Of a DNA stretch of 43,972 nucleotides, positions 1 to 8,075 are shown piece by piece; the stretch's first letter is position 1, and each line of letters starts with the position of its first letter. The stretch is taken from assembly GCA_009693345.1 (NCBI GenBank), contig SHXL01000001.1, forward strand, positions 1 to 43,972, in the 5' to 3' direction. A program made the translations under genes and the position numbers. Below the pieces are notes generated by a model that saw nothing but the letters and a program-made list of their open reading frames with translations, searched no databases and was not told where the DNA came from. Source of the stretch: Betaproteobacteria bacterium. Its GTDB lineage: Bacteria; Pseudomonadota; Gammaproteobacteria; Burkholderiales; SG8-39.

Positions 1-142
1 GAAGGGGCTGTTCGCCGCCGTGACGCACGACGGCTCGATCCTCATCATGGAGGCCGAACTCATGCGCATGGTGGGCGCGGTCCTCGATTGCCCGCTGCCG
101 CCGCTCCTCGAATCGGTCGATCCGGCGACGCTTGCTGCGTGA
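1..142 (+). CDS. 3' end of an unidentified upstream gene (partial, runs off the left edge)
   Basis: The reading frame starting at nt 2 is open from the window edge to TGA 140-142 (...KGLFAAVTHDGSILIMEAELMRMVGAVLDCPLPPLLESVDPATLAA*). Its stop overlaps the GTG at 139 of the next gene as GTGA. It is absent from the ORF track because its start lies outside the window. No family recognised. Confidence 0.4.
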   Translation, partial: KGLFAAVTHDGSILIMEAELMRMVGAVLDCPLPPLLESVDPATLAA

Positions 143-3021
143 AAATCGACGGTCTGGAAGCGGCGCTGCACGCCGCTATCGAGGGTGAAGTTCGATTCGA
201 TTCCGGAGCGCGGGCCGCCTATGCGTCGGATGCCTCCAACTACCGTCAGGTGCCGATCGGCGTGGTGCTGCCGCGCACGGCCGAGGACATCGTCGCCGCG
301 GTCGCCGCGTGCCGCGAACACGGCGCGCCCATCCTGCCGCGCGGCGGCGGCACCTCGCTTTGCGGGCAGGCGGTGAACGTCGCCGTGGTGATCGACACCT
401 CGAAGTACATGCATCGAATTCTTGAGCTGGATCCGCGCGCGCGCCTCGCGCGCGCGGAACCCGGAGTGGTCTGCGATGCCCTGCGCGCTTCAGCCGAGCG
501 TTACGGCCTTACCTTTGGCCCGGACCCGGCGACGCATTCGCGCTGCACCATGGGCGGCATGATCGGCAACAATTCCTGCGGCGCGCATTCGGTGATGGCC
601 GGCAAGACGGTGGAGAACATCGAGGCGCTCGAGGTGCTCACCTACGACGGGGCGCGCTTCTGGTGCGGGCCGACATCCGAAGCCGAGCTGGAGGCGATTG
701 TGCGGCGCGGCGGCCGGCAGGGGGAGATCTACGAGCAATTGCGCTCGCTGCGCGACCGCTACGCGGATCTCATCCGGGGCCGTTTCCCGAAAATCAAGCG
801 CCGCGTCTCGGGCTACAACCTCGACCAGCTGCTGCCCGAGAACGGCTTCAACGTCGCGCGCGCACTGGTCGGCTCCGAGGGCACCTGCGCGCTGACATTG
901 CAGGCTTTGACGCGTCTTGTGCGCAGCCCGCCAGAGCGCGTGCTGCTGGTGATCGGTTTCGAGGACATCTATCGCGCGGGCGACGCGGTGCCGCAGGTCC
1001 TCGCCGCGCGGCCGATCGCCTGCGAAGGCCTCGACACCGGCATCATCGGCGGCTTGCGCGAGCGCGGCCTGAAATTGGAGGACATCGCGTTGCTGCCCGA
1101 AGGCAATGCCTGGTTGATGGTGGAATTTGGCGCGGATACGCGGGACGAGGTTTTGCAAAAATCTTCTTTTCTGCGGAATTCCCTGGGGGGAAATCTCATA
1201 GAAGAACAAACCCTCATGGATCGCATCTGGGCGATACGCGAAACCGGCGCTTCGGCCACTTCGCTCAAGCTGAAGAGCACCCCCGGGCCCGATCCGGTGG
1301 TCGGCTGGGAAGACGCGGCGGTGGATCCGCTGCGCCTGGGCGATTACCTGCGCGAATTCCAGCGGCTGGTGGACCGCTACGGCTACCGCACCTCGCTCTA
1401 CGGGCATTTCGGCGACGGCTGCATTCACGCGCGCATCAACTTCGAGCTGCGTAGCGCGAGCGGCGTGGCGCACTGGCGCGGCTTCCTGCGCGAAGCCGCC
1501 GAACTGGTCGTTGCCTACGGCGGCTCGCTCTCGGGCGAGCACGGCGACGGCCAGGGGCGCGCCGAGTTCCTGCCCATCATGTACGGCCCCGAGCTGATGG
1601 TTGCGTTCCGCGAGTTCAAGCGCATCTGGGATCCGCAGGGGCGCATGAATCCGGGCAAGCTCGTGGACGCGTTGGGCGAGGTCTACCGCGTGGACGAGAA
1701 CCTGCGCCAGGGACCGGACTACAAGCCGGTGGCCTTCGCCACGCGCATGACCTTCCTCAGCAACGAAGGCGACGGCTTCGCGCGCGCCGCCGAGCGCTGC
1801 ATCGGCATGGGTAAGTGCCGCTCGGCCGAGGGCGGCACCATGTGCCCGAGCTACCGCGCCACCGGGGAAGAGCGCTATTCGACGCGAGGGCGCGCGCGAC
1901 TGCTGGGCGAAATGCTGCGCGGCGAGGTGATCACCGGCGGCTGGCAGAGCGACGAAGTCAAGGAAGCGCTCGACATGTGCCTTGCCTGCAAGGGCTGCCG
2001 CAGCGATTGCCCGACGCACACCGACATGGCGAGCTACAAGGCCGAATTCCTGTCGCACTACTACGAGCAGCATACCCGGCCGCTGCAGGCGCATTCGATG
2101 GGCCGCATCGGCGAGTGGGCGCCGCTCGCGATGAGAGCCCCTGGGCTGGTCAACGGTTTAACTGGTTTGCCTTTCTTCTCGTATCTAACGAAGAAACTTG
2201 CCGGGATAGCGCCGCAACGCTCCCTGCCCGGATTCGCGCGACGCAGCTTTCGCGCACAGTTCGATGCGCTCCAGCGCAGCCGGCGCGATCCCACACGCCC
2301 GAGAAGCACGCGGCGCGGCGATCCGGTGATCCTCTTCCCGGACACCTTCAGCAACCATTTCCGCCCGCAGAGCGCGCTTTCGACGGTGCGCGTGCTCGAA
2401 GCCTCGGGCGCCCGCGTCAACCTGTCGCCCGACAAACTGTGCTGCGGCCGGCCGTACTACGACTTCGGCATGCTTGATCAGGCGAAGGCGTCCCTGGAGA
2501 AAATCATCGCCGCGCTCGGCCCGCAGATCGAATCCGGCGCGCCCGTGGTCGTCCTCGAGCCCGGCTGCCACTCCGTATTCAGGGACGAGATGGTCAAGAT
2601 TTTGCCCGGCAATGCCGCCGCAGAGAAGCTCGCGAAGCAGACTGTCTCGCTCGCCGAACTCCTCGAACAGCGCCACTGGAAACCGCGCCGCATCGGCGGC
2701 CGCGCCCTGCTGCACGGCCATTGCCACCAGAAGGCCCTCGGCGGCACGCGCGCCGATGTCGCGCTGCTCGAGGCCGCCGGCATCGAGACCTCGGCACCCG
2801 AGACCGGCTGCTGCGGCATGGCCGGCGCCTTCGGTTTCCGCCCGGATACCTATGCGACCTCGGTGAAGATCGCCGGACTCTCGTTGCTGCCGAAAGTGAA
2901 CGGCGCGTCGCCGGAGACTTTCATCGTCGCCAACGGTTTTTCCTGCCGCAAGCAGATCGAAGACCTCGCCGGTCGAGAAACCGTGCACCTCGCCGACGTG
3001 CTGGCGCGCACACTAGCGTGA
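139..3021 (+). CDS. FAD-linked oxidase fused to 4Fe-4S and CCG cysteine-rich domains (GlcD + GlcF/GlpC-type fusion, YdiJ-like 2-hydroxyacid dehydrogenase)
   Basis: ORF 88..3021. It has a PCMH-type FAD-binding pattern (PILPRGGGTSLCGQAV), two ferredoxin-type Cys clusters (CIGMGKCRS...MCPSY; CLACKGCRSDCP) and two CCG motifs (CCGRPYY; CCGMAGAFG). The start was moved to GTG 139, which forms a GTGA overlap with the upstream stop and gives the typical ...IEGEVRFD..ARAAYASDAS N-terminus. TTG 88 is the alternative. Confidence 0.9.
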   Translation: MKIDGLEAALHAAIEGEVRFDSGARAAYASDASNYRQVPIGVVLPRTAEDIVAAVAACREHGAPILPRGGGTSLCGQAVNVAVVIDTSKYMHRILELDPRARLARAEPGVVCDALRASAERYGLTFGPDPATHSRCTMGGMIGNNSCGAHSVMAGKTVENIEALEVLTYDGARFWCGPTSEAELEAIVRRGGRQGEIYEQLRSLRDRYADLIRGRFPKIKRRVSGYNLDQLLPENGFNVARALVGSEGTCALTLQALTRLVRSPPERVLLVIGFEDIYRAGDAVPQVLAARPIACEGLDTGIIGGLRERGLKLEDIALLPEGNAWLMVEFGADTRDEVLQKSSFLRNSLGGNLIEEQTLMDRIWAIRETGASATSLKLKSTPGPDPVVGWEDAAVDPLRLGDYLREFQRLVDRYGYRTSLYGHFGDGCIHARINFELRSASGVAHWRGFLREAAELVVAYGGSLSGEHGDGQGRAEFLPIMYGPELMVAFREFKRIWDPQGRMNPGKLVDALGEVYRVDENLRQGPDYKPVAFATRMTFLSNEGDGFARAAERCIGMGKCRSAEGGTMCPSYRATGEERYSTRGRARLLGEMLRGEVITGGWQSDEVKEALDMCLACKGCRSDCPTHTDMASYKAEFLSHYYEQHTRPLQAHSMGRIGEWAPLAMRAPGLVNGLTGLPFFSYLTKKLAGIAPQRSLPGFARRSFRAQFDALQRSRRDPTRPRSTRRGDPVILFPDTFSNHFRPQSALSTVRVLEASGARVNLSPDKLCCGRPYYDFGMLDQAKASLEKIIAALGPQIESGAPVVVLEPGCHSVFRDEMVKILPGNAAAEKLAKQTVSLAELLEQRHWKPRRIGGRALLHGHCHQKALGGTRADVALLEAAGIETSAPETGCCGMAGAFGFRPDTYATSVKIAGLSLLPKVNGASPETFIVANGFSCRKQIEDLAGRETVHLADVLARTLA

Positions 3022-3662
3022 TCATCAGGGCGATTATTGCTGTATGGCTTTTCGGGTTCCTGGCTTGCGCGCATGCGCAGACGCCGGAAGAGCGGTTGTT
3101 CGCGGCGATCGAAGTGGGCAAGCCGCTGGTGGCGGAGGGGATCGTGGCGCGGGGCGGGGTGAAGCTGGATGCGCGCAACGCGGAGCGGGAGACGCCGCTG
3201 CACCGGGCGATCGAGAAGGGGATGAAGGAGTTGTTGGTGATGCTGGTGAAGGCGGGAGCGCCGGTGAACGCGCGCTCGTCGAACAGCGAGACGCCGCTGC
3301 ACGCGGCGGCGCTGCACGCGGATCCCTGGTTCGTGGACCTGCTGCTCGCCGTGAATGCGGACCCGTCGCTGCGCAATGACGATGGCGAGTCTGCGCTGCA
3401 GTGGGCGGTGATGACAGGCAATCTGCTGGTGGCGAGGCGTTTGCTTGAGCGCGGGGCGGACGCAAAGATCACCGACATCAAGGGTAATACGCTGCTGCAC
3501 GCGGCGGCGGACGGCGCCTCCGTGGATATGGTGAGCGCCTTTCTTGCGCTCGAGGTGGATCCGGGGCAGAAGAATCGTGCGGGCAAGCGGCCGATCGAGG
3601 TTGCGCGGGAGCGCGGCTATGCGGAAATCGTGAAGCTGCTGGAGAGGTTCGAAAAAGACTGA
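3018..3662 (+). CDS. Secreted (Sec signal peptide) ankyrin-repeat protein
   Basis: This is the C-terminal part of ORF 2721..3662. GTG 3018 overlaps the upstream TGA (GTGA). The N-terminus VIIRAIIAVWLFGFLACAHA/QT looks like a signal peptide with an AHA-Q cleavage site. About 5 ankyrin repeats follow (TPLHRAIEKGMKELLVMLVKAGAPVNA; TPLHAAALHADPWFVDLLLAVNADP; SALQWAVMTGNLLVARRLLERGAD; NTLLHAAADGASVDMVSAFLALEVDP; capping repeat ...ARERGYAEIVKLLERF). Confidence 0.85.
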   Translation: MIIRAIIAVWLFGFLACAHAQTPEERLFAAIEVGKPLVAEGIVARGGVKLDARNAERETPLHRAIEKGMKELLVMLVKAGAPVNARSSNSETPLHAAALHADPWFVDLLLAVNADPSLRNDDGESALQWAVMTGNLLVARRLLERGADAKITDIKGNTLLHAAADGASVDMVSAFLALEVDPGQKNRAGKRPIEVARERGYAEIVKLLERFEKD

Positions 3663-3809
3663 CGATTTTTCTCTATTTGTCCAATTCCCCGAGTTCCGCC
3701 GGGAACTGGCAATCGCCCGGGGGCAAGGTCGCCTATACGAGACACAGGCGCAGGTTGCTTGTCGCGGTGGGGCTGCTCGCGGGCTGGCTTGTGGTCCAGG
3801 ATCTGGGGG

Positions 3810-4871
3810 TCATCTTTCTGTAGCGCTGCCGCTTCCCAGCTCGAAGGCTTGCGCCAGCAGTTCGTAGGATTCAAGCCGCGTGGCGTAGTCGCCCGTAATC
3901 GTCAGCACCATCAGCTCGTCGGCGGAGAACTGCTCCGCGATCTCCAGCAGCTTTGCCTTGCAGGTCTGCGAGCTGCCGTGTAGCAGGCGTGAGCGTTGCG
4001 ATTGGATGTGGGCGCGCTCCTGGTCGGTGTAACTGCGCCTTTCCGCCTGCGCCTGGGTTGGCACCGGGGAGTCGAGGTTGTAGGCCATGTCGAGGCGGCG
4101 CGAATCCACCACTTTGGCAAGGCGCTCGGCTTCGGCATCGTTTTCCGCGCAGATGACGAAACAGCAAACCGACGTATGCGGTTCGGGCTCGCGCGGCGCG
4201 GGGACGTCACGAGCAACGCTTGCGTTGCGAGCCTGAAACCGCTCCTTGTAGGCGCGCATCACCGCGTCGCCGCCCTGGGCGTTGATGAAATGCGCGAACG
4301 AAAAGCGCACCCCCAGCTGCGCCGCGAGCAGGCCGCTGTAGTCGGAGGAACCAAGCAGCCAGACTTCGGGTGCGGGTTCGGCAACTGCACGCCCCTCGGG
4401 TTGGACGCGCACTTTCTTGAAAGGATGGTCGTCGGGCAGGGTGCCGTCGAGGTAGCCGATCAGCTCCCAGACCTGCTGCGGAAACTGATCGGCGTCGGGA
4501 AAGTGTCCGCCGGCCACGGCGCGCGCGGTGCGCTGGTCGCCGCCCGGCGCGCGGCCGATGCCCAGATCGATGCGCCCCGGGTACAGCGCTTCCAGCATGC
4601 GGAAAACCTCGGCGACCTTGAAGGCGCTGTAGTAGGGCAGCAGCACCCCGCCGGTGCCCACCCGGATCCGCCTCGTTTCGGCGCCCAGGCGCGCGAGCAG
4701 GATCTCGGGGCAGGGATCGGCGAGCGCGCCGATGGCGTGATGTTCGGCGAGCCAGTAGCGCGTATACCCGAGTTCATCGGCGCGGCGCGCGAGCTTGAGG
4801 GTTTCTTCGATCGCCCGTGCGGCGCTGTGGCCCGAGATGATGGGCGACTGGTCGAGAATGGAGAGTCTCAA
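3810..4871 (-). CDS. LLM-class (luciferase-like) flavin-dependent oxidoreductase
   Basis: ORF 3810..4871. The N-terminus MRLSILDQSPI...ELGYTRYWLAEHH and the overall pattern are typical of the luciferase-like monooxygenase family. The TTG start at 4871 overlaps the MFS stop (TTGA). Confidence 0.88.
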   Translation of the reverse strand: MRLSILDQSPIISGHSAARAIEETLKLARRADELGYTRYWLAEHHAIGALADPCPEILLARLGAETRRIRVGTGGVLLPYYSAFKVAEVFRMLEALYPGRIDLGIGRAPGGDQRTARAVAGGHFPDADQFPQQVWELIGYLDGTLPDDHPFKKVRVQPEGRAVAEPAPEVWLLGSSDYSGLLAAQLGVRFSFAHFINAQGGDAVMRAYKERFQARNASVARDVPAPREPEPHTSVCCFVICAENDAEAERLAKVVDSRRLDMAYNLDSPVPTQAQAERRSYTDQERAHIQSQRSRLLHGSSQTCKAKLLEIAEQFSADELMVLTITGDYATRLESYELLAQAFELGSGSATER

Positions 4872-6043
4872 GCGGTTTTCCCCGTCTTTAGCCTGGTGCC
4901 GGAGAAGGCCCAGCGCCTGAGCCAGCTGATCAGGGCCACGTTGACGAGCGCGATGGCGCCGAGGAGGTAGAAGCCGGCGATGACGCCGTACTGGTCGGCC
5001 ACCAGGCCCATCAACAGCGGCGTGCTGAGGTGCGAGAGGCCCCAGCCGAGTCCCCCCAGTGCCATCGCCGAGCCGCGCATCTCCGGGGGCACGGCTTCGG
5101 CGATGGTGACCTGAAAATAGATGATCATGACGCTAGAGCCCATCCCCAGGGCAAACAGGAACGCACCCACGGCGCTCCAGTGGCTCACGAGCGGCTGCAG
5201 GCACACGGCCAGCGCCACCACGAGTCCGGCGACCACCGGCCAGAGGCTGGCGGGCCCGGTGTGGACGAAGCGCGCCACCGCCAGCCCGGCGCCGATGCCG
5301 CCCACCGCGCGCAGCGCAAGCAGTACCCCTGAAGCCTCCGCGCCGAAGCCGAATTGCTTGAGAAGCAGCGGATAGAAGGACATGACCAGCGAATACGGCA
5401 GCGCCGCGACGTAGGCGCACAGAATCCCGTAGTAGAGGACCGGCACGCGCAGCAGCACCGCATAGTTGCCGAACAGGGGCCGCCCCGGGGGCGCCGTGCG
5501 CAGCAACTGCGGGGTGCCAACGCCAAGCGCTAGGGCGAGCACTGCCGTCGCCGCCAGAACCGAGTAGGTGACGTTGAAGCCGCCGAACGCGAGGATGAGG
5601 CCGCACGAGCCGTTGCCGAGGATCTGGCCCAGATTGGTGACCGCGTTCAGGCGCCCCGCCTGGGCCCCGCGCCCACCGGGCAGTTCCGCAGCGATGGACC
5701 AGTTGGCAGGCCAGAACGTGGCGTGCGCCAGCATCAGGAAGCACTGGGCGAGTAACAGCGACCAGAAGTTCCCGGCGAGGGGCATGGCCGCCGCGCCCAT
5801 GGCCAATAGTGCAGAGGAGGCGAGCATGATACGTTTGCCGCCGAAGCGGTCGACATAGGCCCCGCAGACCAGGTTGATGGCGAGCTGGGCAACCGAAGGC
5901 AACGAGAACAGGATTCCGATTTCGGCCCCGGAAAGACCCGTGGAGTAGGCGTAGAGCGGCACCACGAGCCAGGTCATGCCCAGGCCATAGTTCCAGGCGA
6001 ATGAGGCGAGAAAGTAGTTCAGGTGCGATGGCAGGCGGGGCAT
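4868..6043 (-). CDS. MFS transporter
   Basis: ORF 4868..6043, 391 aa. It has about 12 hydrophobic segments and an MFS-like loop motif (GAYVDRFGGKR). ATG start at 6043. Same strand as, and overlapping, the downstream LLM gene. Confidence 0.85.
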   Translation of the reverse strand: MPRLPSHLNYFLASFAWNYGLGMTWLVVPLYAYSTGLSGAEIGILFSLPSVAQLAINLVCGAYVDRFGGKRIMLASSALLAMGAAAMPLAGNFWSLLLAQCFLMLAHATFWPANWSIAAELPGGRGAQAGRLNAVTNLGQILGNGSCGLILAFGGFNVTYSVLAATAVLALALGVGTPQLLRTAPPGRPLFGNYAVLLRVPVLYYGILCAYVAALPYSLVMSFYPLLLKQFGFGAEASGVLLALRAVGGIGAGLAVARFVHTGPASLWPVVAGLVVALAVCLQPLVSHWSAVGAFLFALGMGSSVMIIYFQVTIAEAVPPEMRGSAMALGGLGWGLSHLSTPLLMGLVADQYGVIAGFYLLGAIALVNVALISWLRRWAFSGTRLKTGKTA

Positions 6044-6105
6044 GGCGGGGCGCCATTATCGGCCCCGGCGAGTAAGCTCGGGGCAGGCTGTTTCGACTTA
6101 GGCTG

Positions 6106-6894
6106 ATGAAAGCACTTTTGCCCGTCTTGCTGGTGTTTTCCCTGGGTACGGCGCAGGCAGCGCAATGCACTGCCAAATCCACGGATAGGACGGTGGCCCT
6201 GGTCGAGCTCTATACCTCCGAGGGCTGCGACAGCTGCCCGCCAGCCGACCGTTGGCTCTCGTCCCTCGGTCCCCGGGGCTTCGCCCCGGACCGGGTTGTG
6301 CCCATCGCGCTGCACGTGGACTACTGGGACTACATCGGCTGGAAGGACCCCTACGCCCGCCAGGCGCATTCGACGCGCCAGCGCAAGATGGGCCCCCAGG
6401 CTCGCGCGTGCGGCGATGGTCTATACCCCCCAGGTGCTGCTGCAGGGGCAGGATTTCCGCAACTGGCGTGACGGAGGAAACCCGGACGGAGCCTTCTCGC
6501 GGGCGGTAGCGAACATCAATGCCGCGCCAGCAAAGGCGCGGATTTCGCTCTCCCTGGATACCCGGCAAAAAGACGCCTTCGCGATAGACGCGGCGGCGGA
6601 ATTGCAGGGCGCGTCGCCAAGCCCGGAAATTGCCCTTTTCCGGGGCGCCTATGAAAACAAGCTGGTTTCAGAGGTAAAGGCGGGCGAAAACCGCGGCAAA
6701 TCGCTGCCCCACGACTACGTGGTCCTGCAATGGGTCGGCCCCCTAGAATTCAAGGTCGGCAAGCTTGCCGAACGCCACCTGCTGCCCCTGCTGCCCAAGG
6801 CCGTTCCGGCACACTCCGGAGTGGTCGCTTTCGTGCAGAACCCGCCACCGCCGAAGTCCTGCAGACGCTAATGCTCCCCGCCTGTCCCAGCTGA
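6106..6894 (+). pseudogene. DUF1223-family (thioredoxin-like CxxC, secreted) gene disrupted by frameshift(s)
   Basis: The signal peptide and the motif LYTSEGCDSCPPADRWL...ALHVDYWDYIGWKDPYA...RQR are in the frame of ORF 6106..6471. The family continuation ...VYTPQVLLQGQDFRNW...SEVKAGENRGKSLPHDYVV...VVAFVQ is in the +1 frame (ORF 6296..6871), so the reading frame changes near 6405-6415. A second possible shift near 6845 would restore the first frame, reading TAEVLQTLMLPACPS* and ending at 6894. Confidence 0.7.
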
Positions 6895-6956
6895 ATCGGG
6901 TATATTTCCGCCCGGTGACGCTCGCCGGAGGGGTGGCCGGCACCAGGGGAGAGGCG

Positions 6957-8075
6957 ATGTACGCAACACAGATTCGCCAGAAAGACGGGATCTTCTACTT
7001 CGCCGCATACCGGGCGAAGGACCTGCTTGCCAAGGTGCGCTTCATCAGCCGTTTTTACGGCGATGGCGAGGAGATCGCCGCGGCGCGCATCTCGCAGGAC
7101 GACGACGTCGCCCAGTTCATCTCCAAGATCGAGCGCACCGACGGCGCTTTCCAGCGCGGCCTGTCGCGCGCCAAGGTGCGCCAACTCACCAATTTCTATG
7201 AAACCGCAGTGTCGCAGCCGGCGATTCCCGGCACGGTGCTGCTCTATACCAGCGAGAAGCTGAATTTCCGCTCCGATGGCGACGGCTCCGGGCACTTGAC
7301 GGAACCGAGTACCAGGTTCCTGATCATCGACGGCCAGCACCGGCTCGCGGCGCTGCACTTCTACATGCAGGAGCGGCCGCAGGACGCCTCCACCATCAGC
7401 GTGCCCTGCATCATTTTCGACGGCCGCAGCGAGGATTTCGCCGCGGAGATGTTCGTCATCATCAATTCCACCCCGACGCGCATCAACAAGAGCCACCTGA
7501 TCGACCTCTACGAGCAGGTGTCCTGGGCGGCGCCCGACCGCAAGTTCGCCGCGCGCCTGGTGCAGAAGCTCTACAGCGAGGGCGACAGCCCGCTGCGCTA
7601 CCGCATCAATCGCCTGGGCGGCCGCAGCCAGCGCGACAAGTGGGTGTTGCAGGCGGAACTGTTCAACGAGCTGCACCGCTGGGTGCGCGGCAAGTGGCGC
7701 TCGATCCAGCTGGCGGGCGGCAGCTCGAAGGAAGTGCCGCGCTACTACGGCCTGGTGCGCGATTTCTTCAAGGCAGCAAAGAATGTGTTCGGTGATTCGG
7801 TCTGGGGCAGGGACGGCCACATGGTCACACGGCCGGTCACCATCAAGGCGATGATCCGGGTGTGCGCCGACCTCGTGCGCACGGACGACGGCCCCGAGGC
7901 CGGGCGCTTGGCGCGCTGGGAAGAGCGGCTCAAACCCTGGACGGAAATGGGCAAGATGTTCCGCGACGAGGGTTTCTACGAACGCTTCCCCGCCAAGGGC
8001 GAGGTGGAGCGGGTGGCTCGCGTACACCGCGACCTGGCAAGGGCCGCGGGTATTGAAGTCAGCAAAAAGTCTTAA
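6957..8075 (+). CDS. DGQHR-domain protein (DndB-like, ParB/Srx-fold superfamily), stand-alone
   Basis: This is the C-terminal 372 aa of ORF 6765..8075. ATG 6957 is preceded by GGGGAGAGG. The defining motif is present (FLIIDGQHRLAALHFY) with the downstream FVIINSTPTRINKSHLIDLYE pattern. The upstream part of the ORF is Arg/Pro/Cys-rich junk overlapping the DUF1223 3' end. Confidence 0.85.
   Translation: MYATQIRQKDGIFYFAAYRAKDLLAKVRFISRFYGDGEEIAAARISQDDDVAQFISKIERTDGAFQRGLSRAKVRQLTNFYETAVSQPAIPGTVLLYTSEKLNFRSDGDGSGHLTEPSTRFLIIDGQHRLAALHFYMQERPQDASTISVPCIIFDGRSEDFAAEMFVIINSTPTRINKSHLIDLYEQVSWAAPDRKFAARLVQKLYSEGDSPLRYRINRLGGRSQRDKWVLQAELFNELHRWVRGKWRSIQLAGGSSKEVPRYYGLVRDFFKAAKNVFGDSVWGRDGHMVTRPVTIKAMIRVCADLVRTDDGPEAGRLARWEERLKPWTEMGKMFRDEGFYERFPAKGEVERVARVHRDLARAAGIEVSKKS

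Noticed and set aside
490-2094. 534-aa ORF antisense to the FAD/Fe-S oxidase
   Set aside because: Its composition is Arg/Ala/Gly/His-rich and low-complexity, with no recognisable family. It lies fully inside a gene whose sense strand has strong domain signatures. This is the expected stop-codon-poor antisense frame of a high-G+C genome.
3663-3809. Convergent spacer after the ankyrin gene, examined for an intrinsic terminator or sRNA (small hairpin GTTCC-GCCG-GGAAC at about 3691-3704)
   Set aside because: The stem is only 5 bp, there is no following T-tract, and I could see no promoter-like element or conserved structure. This is insufficient support.
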